A stretch of DNA of 64,000 nt from the human T2T-CHM13v2.0 reference genome, Homo sapiens, in NCBI RefSeq assembly GCF_009914755.1, contig NC_060935.1, one strand, 5' to 3'. The stretch's first letter is position 1, and each line of letters begins with the position of its first letter. The position numbers and the translations under genes are program-made. Positions 46,971-60,659 of this stretch are shown piece after piece. The notes under the pieces were generated by a model that was not told the DNA's origin, searched no databases, and saw only the letters and a program-made list of their open reading frames with translations.

Positions 46971-47559
46971 GTAACTAAAACATTTATTTTTCATCAGATA
47001 ATATATTCTTTCAAATGCTTGCTTAGGCATTCTTTTTGTTTCAGCCATTTAAAAAAAATTAAACTTTCTTAATTGAATCCCGCCCAGCACAATGAAGGAA
47101 TCAGCTAACTCATCCATCTCTGGTGGGGACCATATTATGTAGTGAAGGTGAAATGTAAATGTATAAGTTCATTGAGGGTACCATGAGATGGAAAATTCAT
47201 AGAAAGGCTATAAGAAAACACAACTTTCTCATGAAGAAATGTCACACAGTGCAGAGAAGAGAGCATTGAACTGGGAACTGGAAGAACAAACATTAATGAT
47301 GCATGGCCTTGACAGTTGATTGAATCCCTCTGGGGTTAAATCCATTCATCTGTTAAATAAAATGATGGTTGCATTTGAGGGTCTGTGATGTTCTTTGTTG
47401 AGTTTTAATCATTAAACATCGAGGGAGACTTTTGAAGAATTTTTGTTTTCCTTTTGGTTTGAAATTCTGATACAGTGAATTAACTTAATCATGAAATTCC
47501 GTAGCCCTCTATGAGCACTCATTTACAGAAGTTTACTTAATTAGTGTATTATAGTTTAT

Positions 47560-49300
47560 TAAGTTCTTTTCCTGTCATCCCTGATCCTTATACCCATTCC
47601 TATTGTTTGCACCATAGGTAACTGCTTAATATATATACTTGGATTAATTTGTTTAGGATACTTTTTTTTTTCATTTCATAAACAGCTTTTGCCACACATC
47701 TCATTCATTTTTCTCATGTTTGTCTCAATGCAATGTTACTATTTGTCTTGCTAGTTTTTTTTTTTTTTCTCACTGCAATATAGTACAGTAAACTTCTTCC
47801 ATACTCATTTCCCTAGGACAGAGCACCTAGATTACTTTCATCTAACTATTACCTCAAATATGCAACCTTGACTGGGACAACTCTTTACTAATTTACAGTT
47901 TTGTTGGTATTATAAATAGTATTCTTTTCCTCCCTTTCATCTTTTTCAAATCGTTTATATCTGGTGAGGAGGAAAACATTGATTTTTTGTTATCCAGTAT
48001 TTGAATATCTTGCTTAATCCTCTTATTCATTTTAATGGTTTATAAGTAGATTCTGTTGGTTTGTTAATAAATGAAATATTATCTGCAATAGAGTGTACAT
48101 CTTTATTTCTTATTCTTATCCCTTCATACCTTTTTCTTTTCTTATTACAGTAGCAAGAACTTTTGGTAGCAGTGAGAGCAATCTTCTCTCCTTCATAACC
48201 TTAAGCTAACAAAAGTTGTCAATTGAATTGAATTTGATATTTAGTGTGTGGTTTTGGTATAATACCTTGATCGAGTTAAAGAAGTTACAATCTTTTTTTT
48301 TTTTTTTTTTTTTTTTTGAGAGAGGGTCTCGCTCTGTCACCCAGGCTGGAGGAGTGTGGTGGCATGATCTTGGCTTACTTCAACCTTTACCTCTGTTTCA
48401 AGGGATTCTCATGCCTCAGCCTCCTGAGTAGCTAAGATTACAGGCGCGTGCCACCACAACTGGCTAATTTGTGTATTTTTAACAGAGACAGGGTTTTGCC
48501 ATTTTGGCCAGGCTGGTCTGGTACTACTGGGCTCAAGTGATCTGCCTGCCTCGGCCTCCCAAAGTGCTGAGATTACAGGCATGTGCCACTGTGCCCAGCC
48601 TACATCCTATTCTTGAAAGTAAAAGCACTTTTAATATAAATAATAAACTTCATCAAATGCTATTGCTACATATATTGTATATTCATGTAATTTTTCTATT
48701 TTAGCTAAATGGTTAATCATGTTGATAGATTTTGTGATATTAAAAATAACATTTCTTGCATTTCTGAAGAAAAGCTAATTTTTATACACAGATTTAGTCG
48801 TATAAGAGTGAAACAAAATTAGACTATATTTTTCTCCTACTGTCTTTTTTCTCTTACAGAACCAAGGTTCCACGCTGACTTCATGAAATAAATTAGTAAG
48901 CTTTCCTTAATATTTACACATGGAAACATATGTATAAAATTATCTCTCTAAAAATTTTTGGTAGGATTCTTATCTGATGTTACTGAAACTAAGACTTTTT
49001 TCTTTTGGGTGAGAGTAGTTAACATGTTTGATGAAATTTTCAGTCTTTAATGTTTATTGGTTTATTCAGGTTTTGTATTCACATTTGAGCCAGTTTTAAT
49101 ATTTTATATATTTGGGGGAAATTTATTCATTTTTTGTAGTCTTTCAAATTTACTGATATATATTGGATCCCATTACCATATTAAATTATATTTAAATTTC
49201 TATTTTGTCTATGACTAATTTCTGATTTTAATTCTATATTTTACTTATTTGGACATTCTTTTCTCTTGATCTCACTTCCATTTCCAAAGAACAGTTTTGA
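47560..49300 (-). mobile_element. Ancient L1M fragments
   Basis: Antisense ORF2-like motifs (GTAGATTCTGTTGG..TTATCTGCAA, TTCTTGCATTTCTGAAGAAAA, CATTTCCAAAGAACAG). Confidence 0.55.
48293..48600 (-). mobile_element. Alu (Jb / old S)
   Basis: Full dimer with long T tract; CTGGGCTCAAGTGATCTGCC. Confidence 0.92.
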
Positions 49301-49519
49301 GGTTTCTGAACCTACATCCGTGTAAACTACACATTCATCACAATGTCATGTTTACGGTAGACCATAAATACTTGCTGAAAAATGGATAACAGACTTATTT
49401 CTTCCACCTTAATAAGATCCTAGAAGTGACAAATAATTTGTTAGAAGCAGCCTTCTATGTATAGTTAAGAGATCCAGATCCAAGGAGAGATTACAATTTT
49501 TCTCAGTCACGTTTTAAGT

Positions 49520-49930
49520 AACTTTCTGATCAAGTTTCTTAAAATCACAAAGACTCTGTCATCTCATCATAGCATATCATCCCATAGAGTCATCATGGAG
49601 ATTAGATGAAATAAATCATAGCACTTTGTAAATGATGATGAATTATAAACATGTTTAGAAAAATGAAGGAAAGGGAAATAGAAAGGAAGAATAGGTTTAC
49701 CTGAAAATGGCACAAAGAGAGAATTCTGAGGATAATAGCAAACTTGGTGAGTAGAAGGAAACCTGGATTTGATACCAGAATATGGACCTTTGGGCCCCTC
49801 TCTGATTCTTACTATTTGTTTTATTTTGTAAATATCTCTTAACATCCCAGGTATAAAATAGGAAATTACATTTTGTACATAGGCTTCTTGAAGGCTCAAA
49901 TGAGATACTAGATTTAAAAGTTTTATGTAA
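49520..49930 (+). mobile_element. Two MIR-like fragments
   Basis: CAAGTTTCTTAA..GAGATTAGATGAAATAA..AGCACTTTGTAAA; AACCTGGATTTGA..AAATGAGATA. Confidence 0.45.
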
Positions 49931-50289
49931 GCTGAATCATTTTATACAGTAATTTAAATAGAAACACACTGGATATATGTCCAAATATTGTTAGAAAACC
50001 AGTTTTCTAACAACATTTTCTCATATTTTCATTAAAAAGCCTCTTTCTGTGGCATCCAAGGAGGATACTATTATTTGCTGATTTCCACACTAAGTTGTTA
50101 TAGAGAATACAGCCAATTAATTAAGAAGTAGTATGCATTCCCTCCAAAAATAATTGCTGGACATCTACAATTAGCACAAAAATAGGCAATGTGATGATTA
50201 CCAGCTCTACCATATAGAAATTCAAAATCCAAAAATAGAAACCAATTGTGAGTGCAAATAATAATTATAAACAGCAAAACATGCTAAGC

Positions 50290-51130
50290 TTTATAAGAAA
50301 AGCACAGGAAAAAGGGCTATGGGGTTTGATAGGAGAATAAATCACTTCCTAATACAAAAGTCTGAAAAGTCAAGGGGGTGGGTTGTGTAGGAATTGTGAA
50401 AGAAGGGTCATTTTAATTTGGGTTTGGATATATCAGAGAGGAAGGACATGTGCAGAGGGAAAAATGAAACATAGGAACCGGGGAGGGCTCAGGCTACAGT
50501 GAGAATGGGTGAGTCCCCAAGAGGGAAATGAGAGGATTTCTGGGTGGGGTCTTGGGGATCACAGGCAAATATAAGTTTGATTAAAGTCTCACATGCCATG
50601 CTACAGAACATTGACTGCAAGCAGTAGGCAATTTGAAAACAAGGATTTTAACACAAAAATGAGATGAATCAAATTTAAAGGAAAAACGAATGACAGAGAG
50701 TTCCATTAGTAGGTTTTCAAAATAATCCAGATGTGATTAAATGAGCAATGGATACAAGATAGTGGCAGTGAGAAAGGGTATAGATATTTATAGTTTATAG
50801 ATATTTATAAATATATACACATTTATACATTTATAGATGTTTATAGTTTCCAAGCAACTGGGATTGTAATGACTTGGCATATGTTCCATAAATCCAAATG
50901 CAGACTAATAACAATGACACATATATGACACAATGACACATATATAATGACACATATATGAGTTATTATTATTTTTGAAGTATTGTGTGCAGAAGCAAAG
51001 GGAGAAACAGAAGATGACGTGTTAACTTGTACGCAAACAAAAATATCTGCCTTGCAGATATGTAGACATTCAGTACTGAAGATTAAAAAGACTCATAGAA
51101 CAACCCTGGAACATTTTAAAGACTGAAAAC
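50290..51130 (-). mobile_element. L2 fragments
   Basis: CACATGCCATGCTACAGAACATTGACT..AATAATCCAGATGTGA..AGTGGCAGTGAGAAAG. Confidence 0.5.
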
Positions 51131-51167
51131 AAAAACAACTTAGGTACTAAGAACCATAATTCTACAA

Positions 51168-52146
51168 TACGGGTAGATGCAAGTTTGTAGGTCTTAAAAA
51201 ACAGTTTTTAGAGATCTGGCCTTCTGTAAAGGAAAGAATAAAAATGATGTACATAAAATTGTCTTGAAAATAAATGTTAATTTAGATTTTAAAAATAAAT
51301 CAGTTTTATAACAACAAATTAAGTTTGGTGTTGAATAATACCAGAAGTATCATAGAATCCACAAATACTATATATAATACTGTTTCTTTATTGTTTTTAG
51401 TTTATTTTTTATTAACTATTTATATAACAATTTTATTAAATTTATATAGAAAATATATCATTGAGTAATCTCTCAATTTATTATATTTTTATTACTCATA
51501 TAGTTTAATTTTAATTTTTGTCATATATCTCGCCATTGGAATTGCCATATAAATATCACGACTTTTGTCCAGTTTTGGAAAAAACCAACTTTCTTTTCAT
51601 ACATGATTTGTAAAGCCTCAAAGAAATTTTCAAAACTTAACTGCTAACTCTGTAATTTTGAATCTTCTGTCTCTTCCATTTCCTACATATTTCCGCTTGT
51701 GGGTTGCATAGTGTTCTTTGAGCATTATAACTTTCATTTCTTTGCCTTCGAGTCAGCCCAGGAGACAGTAGCAGTATTCCTGGTATTGTGGGGAGCTTTG
51801 CTGACACTGGGATAGATACCAATAATTTTACCTCTACATTGATATGACTGCACTACATAAATACATCTCACTATACACAAACTAAATGGAGCCCTAACTG
51901 TTCTTAGCCAGATCCCCAAATTGCCCTTGGCAATTCCAACACCCTCTGCCAATAGAGAAAATACAACAGAAAGAATCTTGGAGGGGAAAGAGAAAGCTGA
52001 CCCAAGAGACTGCTGTTAAACTATCCTTTTTTTGTGATCTTAAAAAAAAAAAGGCATGTGAATATCAAGGCCTTGAAAGGGACCCCTGAAAGTGAGGGGT
52101 CTAGAGACATATACACTTCATTAGCTTCACTGTGAAGTTGTCTCTG
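51168..52146. mobile_element. Arthur1-like hAT-Tip100 DNA transposon
   Basis: Left end GGGTAGATGCAAGTTTGTAGG..AAGAATAAAAAT; right end AGTGAGGGG..CTTCATTAGCTTCACTGTGAAGTTGTCTCTG; decayed transposase C-terminal sequence on the minus strand at about 51520-51640. Confidence 0.6.
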
Positions 52147-52319
52147 AAAATACAGTAAAAACACATTTTGTGATTGATATGTTTCTATTAAATAGGAGTT
52201 CTGCATTAGATAGGCTGAGGAGGAGAGGCCAGTAAGTAGCACATCTAGGGAGGAATATCCAGTCTGTGATGATTGTAAATTGGAGGTGCTGGAGGAGAAG
52301 TAAACAAGAGAAGTAAACA

Positions 52320-52780
52320 TCCTTGGAAAGGTAGTTGCTGGGGGATGCTAAATAATTGACTATTAAGATAACACACCACACAATCTCTTTAAGGGAGATA
52401 GATTTGAAGGAAAAGCGCACTAATGAACTGTGTCCAGAAGTATACAAACAGCAATGAAAATGTGGCATGGGGCTAATTTCCTCTCCACTGTGACCATATG
52501 CTTGCTGAAGGCGTTAATGGCACTAATTGTTGAGGGAGGACTCTGTGAAGTGCATTTTATCTGCTTTGCTGAAAAATATCACAGAAAACATAAAATCTCA
52601 AATCTGCTGTTTGCAACCCTTCACAAATCAGACACAATTTATCTGTGGTGGATTTGATATTAAGGAAAAAATCTCGTCTCCCATCTGCATGGACCAAATA
52701 AATCTCCATTTAATCAAGGAGCAAAGTTTCCCCAAATGAACTCTTTACGGATGGGTTGCTTGTCACCATTTATGAGCCAA
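52320..52780. promoter_or_regulatory. Candidate conserved non-coding element
   Basis: No repeat recognised; dense TAAT/ATTA motifs (TAATTG, CTAATG, TTAATGG, CTAATTG, TTAATC). Inference only. Confidence 0.35.
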
Positions 52781-54109
52781 CACAGATAAGAGTGCATACT
52801 GTAGTTCTGCCTCTGAGTATGATACTCTTGATTATTGCAAAATAGCAAACAGTGGAAGTATAATGACAGGCAGAAAATGAAAGACTTTAGATTCCTAGGG
52901 AGTCCCTGAATAACAGAAAATCAGTGTTATTTCATTTCTAAGTAATTGGCTATTTAGAAACTTGGGTTCGACACAATTAGATTACCCAACTAAACTAGAA
53001 ATTGTGTTTAGATACAAAATACATGTGGCATCATGGTAATTAGGCGTGACCTACAGAGTGGACAGCTAAGCAGAGGACCAGATATGACTCTGAAATAGCA
53101 TAAAAAGAAGGTATAAGGATTGATGGGAAAGAAAGCTCCTCTCTGCAACCCCAGAAGCCAGAATTAGATGTGAGTATGGCAAAAGAGGGAAGAGGGAAGC
53201 CACTGGCAAGCCTTTGAGAAAAATGTGGAGGCAAGAAAAATAGATTGAGGATTATTTTTTCTTTTTTTAAACAGATCAATGGACTTTCCCTATATTCTGC
53301 AAGACCCTGGATAGGCAACTGTGGCTATACTAAAACTGTAGCATTTTGAACATTTTATTGCATTCTATTGCAGTTGGAGTGGGAAGAAGAACACATTGCA
53401 GAGGCTGAGTGGTCCAAAAAAAAAAAAGCTTCTCCATTCTCCACACCATCAAACACTGTGATCACAACGGAGGACTTTACAATCACCATCTTTATAGCTG
53501 GTTTATGATGCAATGACTCTATGTATCAATATAATTCTTTGCCAAGAGAATTTGTATGGTTCAATTCTTGGGTGAATAAAAACACTACCTGGTTTAAAAA
53601 TACGTATATTTCTACAGCATGTTATTTGCTGAACAAAGTTGGATATTCTTCTACGAGAAGCCATCATTTGAAACTTCCATGACTGGTAGCTGGATTGGAG
53701 GTTACGTAATGTTTAGCATGCCTGTCAACAGTTGGTGGTAAAATCCACTTGACCATAAACTACTGAGGGCAGATGGAGAATTGATATTTCTAACAAAAAT
53801 CTCTCCAAGGGCTGCCACTTGTGGATACTCAGACAGTGCTCTGCCCAAAGGTGCACCAGCAGAGCAGGGAGAAATAGGGATCAAAATCTTGCCAGGTAGT
53901 ACTCAGTTGGATCAATCCACAATGGAGCATTTCTGCTAATCTACTAAAACATGTTATGCATTTCTGAGACGGGAACCTTACAGACCATATACAAGCAGAA
54001 CCTTTCATCTCAAACCACCCACAGCAGTGATTCTTCAAAATGGGACAAGTCCAAAAGGATGCTGTGATATCTGTCATACTTTCCTCTACTGGCAGCCCCT
54101 CCTCTTCTT

Positions 54110-54310
54110 GAACTGTGGGAAAGAGTACAGACTTTCAAGTGAATAAGTAGATCTGATCTGAATCACAACCACTTCTGCCACTCAGGGGATGTGTCATCTG
54201 GGCCACAGCATTTATCTTCTCTTGGCCACCTCAAGTTTGGAATCTGAACTCTTCTGCAAAAAGGTAACTGATGGGACCTACATAGCAGTGAATTTTTGGA
54301 ATCATAATAG
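54110..54310 (+). mobile_element. MIR
   Basis: GGGAAAGAGTACAGACTTT..TCTGCCACT..GTGTCATCTGGGC. Confidence 0.5.
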
Positions 54311-54774
54311 TCGAACTTGGTGATGTCAGTTGCCTCCACTATCCTTCCTCAGTTTGAAGTAATTTTGGTTTTGGTGCAGGGAATATTCTTCTGCTTTTTA
54401 ATTGAGCAGCAGTTTTGTTTGACATACTTTGGTCAGAACCTTCTATATATAAACTTAGCTACTGAAAACACAATCCTGCCATTATCCTTTCTTTTCCCTA
54501 AGTGAGCAGTTGAGGGTAAAGGCAGTTCTACAAGTTGGCAGCTTCCCAAGAGAAAAGCAAAGAGCTTAAGTAATTGATAGCACTTCATTTTTTTAAAATT
54601 TAGGATTTGTTGTCCGAATTCTTTGAAAAATCCATGTGCATTCTAAGATTATTTACTTTAAAAATTGCATAAGCAATGCCAGAATTATTCCTCCTCGCAA
54701 GATGTCTTCAGTCCAGTGAGGGAAAGAGCTATATAAGCAATGGTCTATGAACCAAGTCCATTATTTACTGATAA

Positions 54775-55390
54775 ATTGATTCTTTCAGTTAATGATATTT
54801 ATTGAGCATTCGACACAGCTTAGAAACTGAATGAGATGCTAGCGGCAGTGAGAAGTGGCAGAGCGCCTGCATTACAGGAACTCACAACCTGAGAAAAACA
54901 CACAGTCATATCCATCACTATATTCCTGTGTGACAAATGGTACGTTCTGTGGAGATCTATGAAATGGAAGTAAGTTCTTTACAAGTAAAAATATGAACTT
55001 TGTTTCCACCAATATTTTAGTATAAAACTCCTTCAAAATCTTTGCCCCATATTCATGCTACTCTTACTTCCTTGTCTTTTCTGTTTTATCTGGCCAGAAA
55101 AACCATCTCAGCTCTCTCTTGGCAAGGTTCTGTACACCCCCAAGGCCTTGTAATATCACTCTTTCTGCTATGGAACTTTCTCTTAAGCTTTCAGGCAGAA
55201 TTTTCTGTTGTGCATAACATAAGTTCATGTGCATTTACAAAGGATAGCACTTAGTCTATTTTATTATGGTCTTAAGCGAAGTCTTATTTGTTCACTATTT
55301 CCCCCATTAAGCTGGGGGCCTCTGAAGGGCTGGCTCCTTCACTTCTGAGGACTATAAATATCTGTGCATTTTACCTAATGCATATTTGCA
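54775..55390. mobile_element. L2 fragments (minus, then plus)
   Basis: ATATTTATTGAGCATT..ACAGGAACTCACA; CCCCAAGGCCTTG..CTGCTATGGAA. Confidence 0.45.
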
Positions 55391-56199
55391 GGGAAGGCCT
55401 ACATAATAAATGGAGGAATTTGTGAGTTTTACCAAGACTTTTGTGGAAGGATAAGGAGGCGAAGTGTAGACACTCCTTTTAAACACTTTGAAAATAATTT
55501 CAGTTGCTCACATTTATGCATAAATTATCAGAAATAGATAGGCTATTTTACCCTAATGTAAATGCACTTTTAAGAAAGTTAGCTTGGTGAAAAGGGCATG
55601 GACTTTTGGAAGACACAAATAGAATTCAAACTTCAGTTTTTCATTTATCATTCTTATGATGTTATAGATCAAATATTAATCTTCTACTTTATTCAACTAA
55701 AAAGATTGGCCTTCCTGAAGCATGTATATGTGAGGATGTCAACAAACCCTTGTAGTACATTATTATAATACTGTAAAATAATACCCATTTGTTTGGGATT
55801 GTCCATAGCCTAGCATTCAGCAAACCTCGTACATTTTTGATGCAACTACATTTCCTAAGTAATGACTTTCAGATCCACAGATGAGCTGATGCTCCACATG
55901 GTACCAGTGTTAAAGGAGATGTCACCTTGATAGCAGGGCGATCTGGGAGGTAATGGCATGATGGAACCCATTATCAAGAGGCCTATGCAAAATGACTATT
56001 TCTAAATTCTCTTCCAGCATTTTAAAATCTGGGTTAATGAAATGTGACTTTGCAAAATGACTGCAGCCAATATCAAATGGATTGTTCAGTGAACGGCGCT
56101 CTGGAGCCCAGAAGACATTGTTGGGGCACTGACCTGATGGGCTTAGGGTAGTCTGCAGAGACCCTTTCACACCTGGATTCTTCTTGTTAGACATAGAAT

Positions 56200-56560
56200 A
56201 CATTATTCTACATTAATTTTTCTCCTAAATTTGTCATTTTGTGTCAGTTGCATCCCATTATAACACCATATTCCCTTTCCCACATACATATAGTACTCCC
56301 ATCTCACTGCTTGCCATTTTCCTTCTGCATTTATCCTTTAATGCTGAAGCATTATCTCCTTGGCCTCCAGAATGAGTGAGGTATCCTGTGTATGTCTCTT
56401 TTATCTCACTTAGCATTTTATTTGTTGAATTATAGGTCAGTATTACCCTCATTAAGAATGATGTCTTTGCTTCACTTATCCCTGAATTGTCTGAATCTAG
56501 CAAAGTGGCTGGCAAATAATAAATACTTATTAATAGCTTATCTAAGGACCCATGAAGGAA
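56200..56560 (+). mobile_element. L2 3' fragment
   Basis: ATCTAGCAAAGTGGCTGGCAAATAATAAATACTTA..GAAGGAAGGAATGA. Confidence 0.5.
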
Positions 56561-57092
56561 GGAATGAGGTTCTAATTGACCAGGCTTGGGTTAATTTGTG
56601 AGACCATATTCATGTGCTGAATTACTCCTCATCACCTGGGATGTGTTCCCTTCCCTTACATTTTACAGTCCAGCAGATGGTTTAAAATTCCCATTATGGT
56701 TATCTTTCCTAAAATAAGAAAAGAAAGAAAAGACTAAAGATAGTCTTCTGCATTGCTAGAATAGATTCTGTTCTTGGTCGCTGATTCTTTCTGCAGTCAT
56801 GCTGAGGCCTTACTTAAGTGTGTCCATGTAACTGGCTGAATTGAAATTGACTACAGTTTTTGTTTGTTCCCCAAAGTCAGTTTTTAAATTTTTGATAGAG
56901 CCAACTCAATCCACAAAGCATTTATTGAGCAAGTAATGTACCCCAGGCAAGGTAAGAACACGAATTTGAATATGCCATCATCTCTGCACTCAAAGGGAAG
57001 GACAAGTACTGAGTAAACAGACATGCACCTGCTTGTGTGCCATGCAGACTTTTGGAGTGAATGTGCATGGGGAGATGTGCTTCCATGTATTT

Positions 57093-57395
<303 letters not shown>

Positions 57396-58949
57396 TAATT
57401 TAATATTTAATTTGAATTTATTACTTAAATTTTTAGTCTGTGTTCACTCCCGGCCTCACACAGGCTTCCTGGAATAGGGGTGTCCACTGGAAAAGGATAC
57501 CATATGGGTGGCTTCAGTTTCTCAGTCTATGTTGAACACTAGACAGGTCACCTTCAAGGATGAATCTTCCTTTGCTATTGACTTTGCAATGTATTCAGGA
57601 AGATAAGACAGGTTTATTTTAAAATGCAATGGACTGGCTTTTTTTTTTTTAGGAAGAAGGTGTGTGTGTATGTGTGTATGTGATATTTTACATAGAAGGC
57701 AATCCTGTGAAAAGAGAAAAAAACTAACAATGTACTTCTGAGATTAGGCAGGTAATTGGGAACACTGAGTCATTTCACCTCCCTGGGGTGGACAGAGGTA
57801 CATAAGCCTACTCTTAGAATCAATAATCAAAAAAAAATCCCACCCCAGCAGGACACACAGTAGCTGTCCAGTTAATAAAAACTAGAGCTCCTATTTTTAG
57901 ATTCATTCTCACACTAGGGAGAAAACAGTGACACAAAGGAGTTTTGTACAAAAGCCAGTAACCCTTTTCAGAAACAAGTTTTCTTTTAAATAGCTTTCTG
58001 TCCTTTTCTTTCTTTCTTTTCTCTCTTGTTCTAATTAAAGCAGGTTTTAGGAAGGAACTCACATTTTCAAAGCCAAATTTTCTTTTTGCAGGGTTGGCTC
58101 TGTGTTTTCTATTTGATGAGTAAAACAGACATTTTCTATGCTTGCTAAATGAAATATTTTTTTTTGTTTGTCTGTCTGTTTTCCAGAAACCTTGGAGAAC
58201 CCAGGGATTTTGGAATCATCCCCTACGGATTACTTGTAAAATCCCCCCAAATTCCACTGTTGTTTTAGGGAGGAAAAGTGTGTTATCTGGGCTGAAAATC
58301 TTGTAGGCTTCCAAAGTTTGGGTAAAACAACTCTCAGAAAATTGAGATCAGATGACAGAGGGTTAAAGGTCTGTATACTTGGGCAAGAGAATGAGACTTA
58401 GCCAGGACTAAAGCAGCATAGGGAGAGCTGGAGGATCACTGAATTTCCAATATGGTTCTGTCACAGCCCAGAACTCTGCTGGTGCATTTGTAGCTTCTGG
58501 CACTGGAGAGGGATCTGGATAGTCCTCTCTTTAGTTCATGACCAAGCTCCTACTGTGAGACAGAAAAAAAATCATCAAAAAATCAAATTTTTTGTTTAAT
58601 TCATTTAGGGAAAGGGCAAAGCATAAGACCGGATAGACTCTAGCAAGAGCAGGTTCATAATCTTGGAACTGAACCTACAAGGGAGTCAGAGGAGAGAGAA
58701 CATGCTTTTACATCAGACAGAATGGACTCCTCATCACAGGTTTGTCTTTATATTATCTTTACCCAAGCCTATCTTCTCTGATAGTGTCCTGAATAGATAA
58801 GTCACCTATGAGGCATGTACTCCATAAAAATGCCTATATCTGGCCTCCAAACTTTTAATGGCCCACACATTATCCTGGTAATATCAGTGAAGGCATATTT
58901 GTTACATTCTTAGCCTATGCAAGTCATTACGCTGAGTTTGAAGAAGCTC

Positions 58950-59240
58950 CAAAGTCTCCCACCTCCTGGTCCTTTATATGTCAGCATGAGCTCTAGTCTT
59001 TATTTCTGTTACTCTCTTGGCCACACGTGGAAAATAATCTCTTTGAGACTTGGCTTGTTCATCTTTAAAATAATACATATGTTTTATTCATCAGGATTTT
59101 CATGTGCGAGGGCTTGTACTAAGAACTTGCCTTATATTACCTCATTTGATCCTCAGAATAACTCTAATAGGTAGATATTATTCTTGTATTGATTTTTGTG
59201 GTGGGGAAACTGAAACTTAGGGAAACCAGGCAACTAAAAT
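58950..59240. mobile_element. Back-to-back MIR fragments
   Basis: TTCATCTTTAAAAT (plus) then ACCTCATTTGATCCTCAGAATAAC..GGGGAAACTGAAACTTAG (minus). Confidence 0.6.
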
Positions 59241-59694
59241 TCAAAGTTGGGGGTATCTTACAAAGGGGTAGTTAAAACGTTAAACACGTGCAGTAGTCAC
59301 AGCAATGGTGGTAGTACTAATGGTTGGAGCCATGAGCTGTTGACTAGAGCACAGGCTGCTGGGTAAGGGACCAGGAGGCAGGAGACTGTAGAGCTCCTTC
59401 AAACTTAGCCTAGTGCCTTGCATACAGTAAGAATGCAACAAATATGCATTCACTGACATTGCCAGGATAACATGTGAGCATTAAGAGTTTGGAGGCCAGA
59501 TAAAGGCATTTTCAGAGTGCATGCCTCACGGCTGACTTATCTATTTGGTACACTATCAGAAAAGATGAGCGCAAGGCTTGGGTAAAGACAAACCTGTGAT
59601 GAGGAGTTATGGAACTCCAGGGAAGGTTCCGTGTGGGTAGCATACTAACACTTTCCAAAATGGGTTCAATGCTTATCTAAAATTTTTCCTTAAG

Positions 59695-59778
59695 CATCTG
59701 GGCTGTTTCAAACTCAGGTTTCAATAAAATTCAAACCATCTGGACCTTTTCAAACTCAGGTTTCAATATTGCTCAAAC
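59695..59778. repeat. 42-bp tandem duplication
   Basis: Two units with 7/42 mismatches; identical core TTTCAAACTCAGGTTTCAATA. Confidence 0.9.
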
Positions 59779-60659
59779 TACCTATAAAAATACAAGTAGA
59801 GTTTTAATATTAAATTTTTACACTTGTGAGAAATAAATAAATTTAATATAAACACTTGGCAAATGCACTTAGACTGAATACAAGCTCATTTAATTAAAAA
59901 CATAGGCCCTTAAATGACATTCATTATAAAATTGAAGTTGCATGTGTTTTAAAATTTCCTTAAGGAAAAGAATTTAAAGAGGTGTTTGATATTGGAACTA
60001 GGTAGGTAGCTGGGGAAAAGGAGGCAGGGACTATCCTCCCAAGATAGTTTAGTTTTTTTTTTCTTTTGCTGATCAGCTATCAATGATGATAACAAAATAT
60101 GAATTATTGAATATCTATTATGCCCTTTACTAGTGAAACTTAGTTTAACCTCACAAAAACTCTGCAAGCAAATACTGTATCTTCCCTTTCAAAATGATGA
60201 GTTTGGGGAACACAGAGGTGAAGTCATTGAGAGGCTCTACAACTCAGTAGAAGAAATGGGATTGAAATATATAGGTTTAACTACAAAATCTGTTCTCTCA
60301 TTTATAGCAAACAAACTGCAATACGTCCTGAAGCTCTACGTACTTTGTACCCTCCAATTGCCTTGTCTTGTTATTTAATTGCTCCTAAGCTAATTCCAGA
60401 CAAAATGCCTTGTCAACAGGCATCTTTACTTCTTAGACTGACTGCCTTGAGGTGTAGGGTGTCTTATCCAACCTTTGCTCTTGCCTTGCATCTGGAATGG
60501 CATCTAGAGAAAGCTGATACACCTCTTCAAGGCTGTCTTAGAAACGGCTGTTCCTGTATGGGAAAATGCCGGTGACCACTTACCTATCTAAAATACGGGG
60601 ATTCCGAGAAGGGCTATTGAACTGAAAAGGGAAAGGAGACCTGATCCCTCCCCTCAGGG

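Noticed and set aside
50911-50960. AATGACACATATAT repeated three times
   Set aside because: Simple slippage repeat in low-complexity sequence
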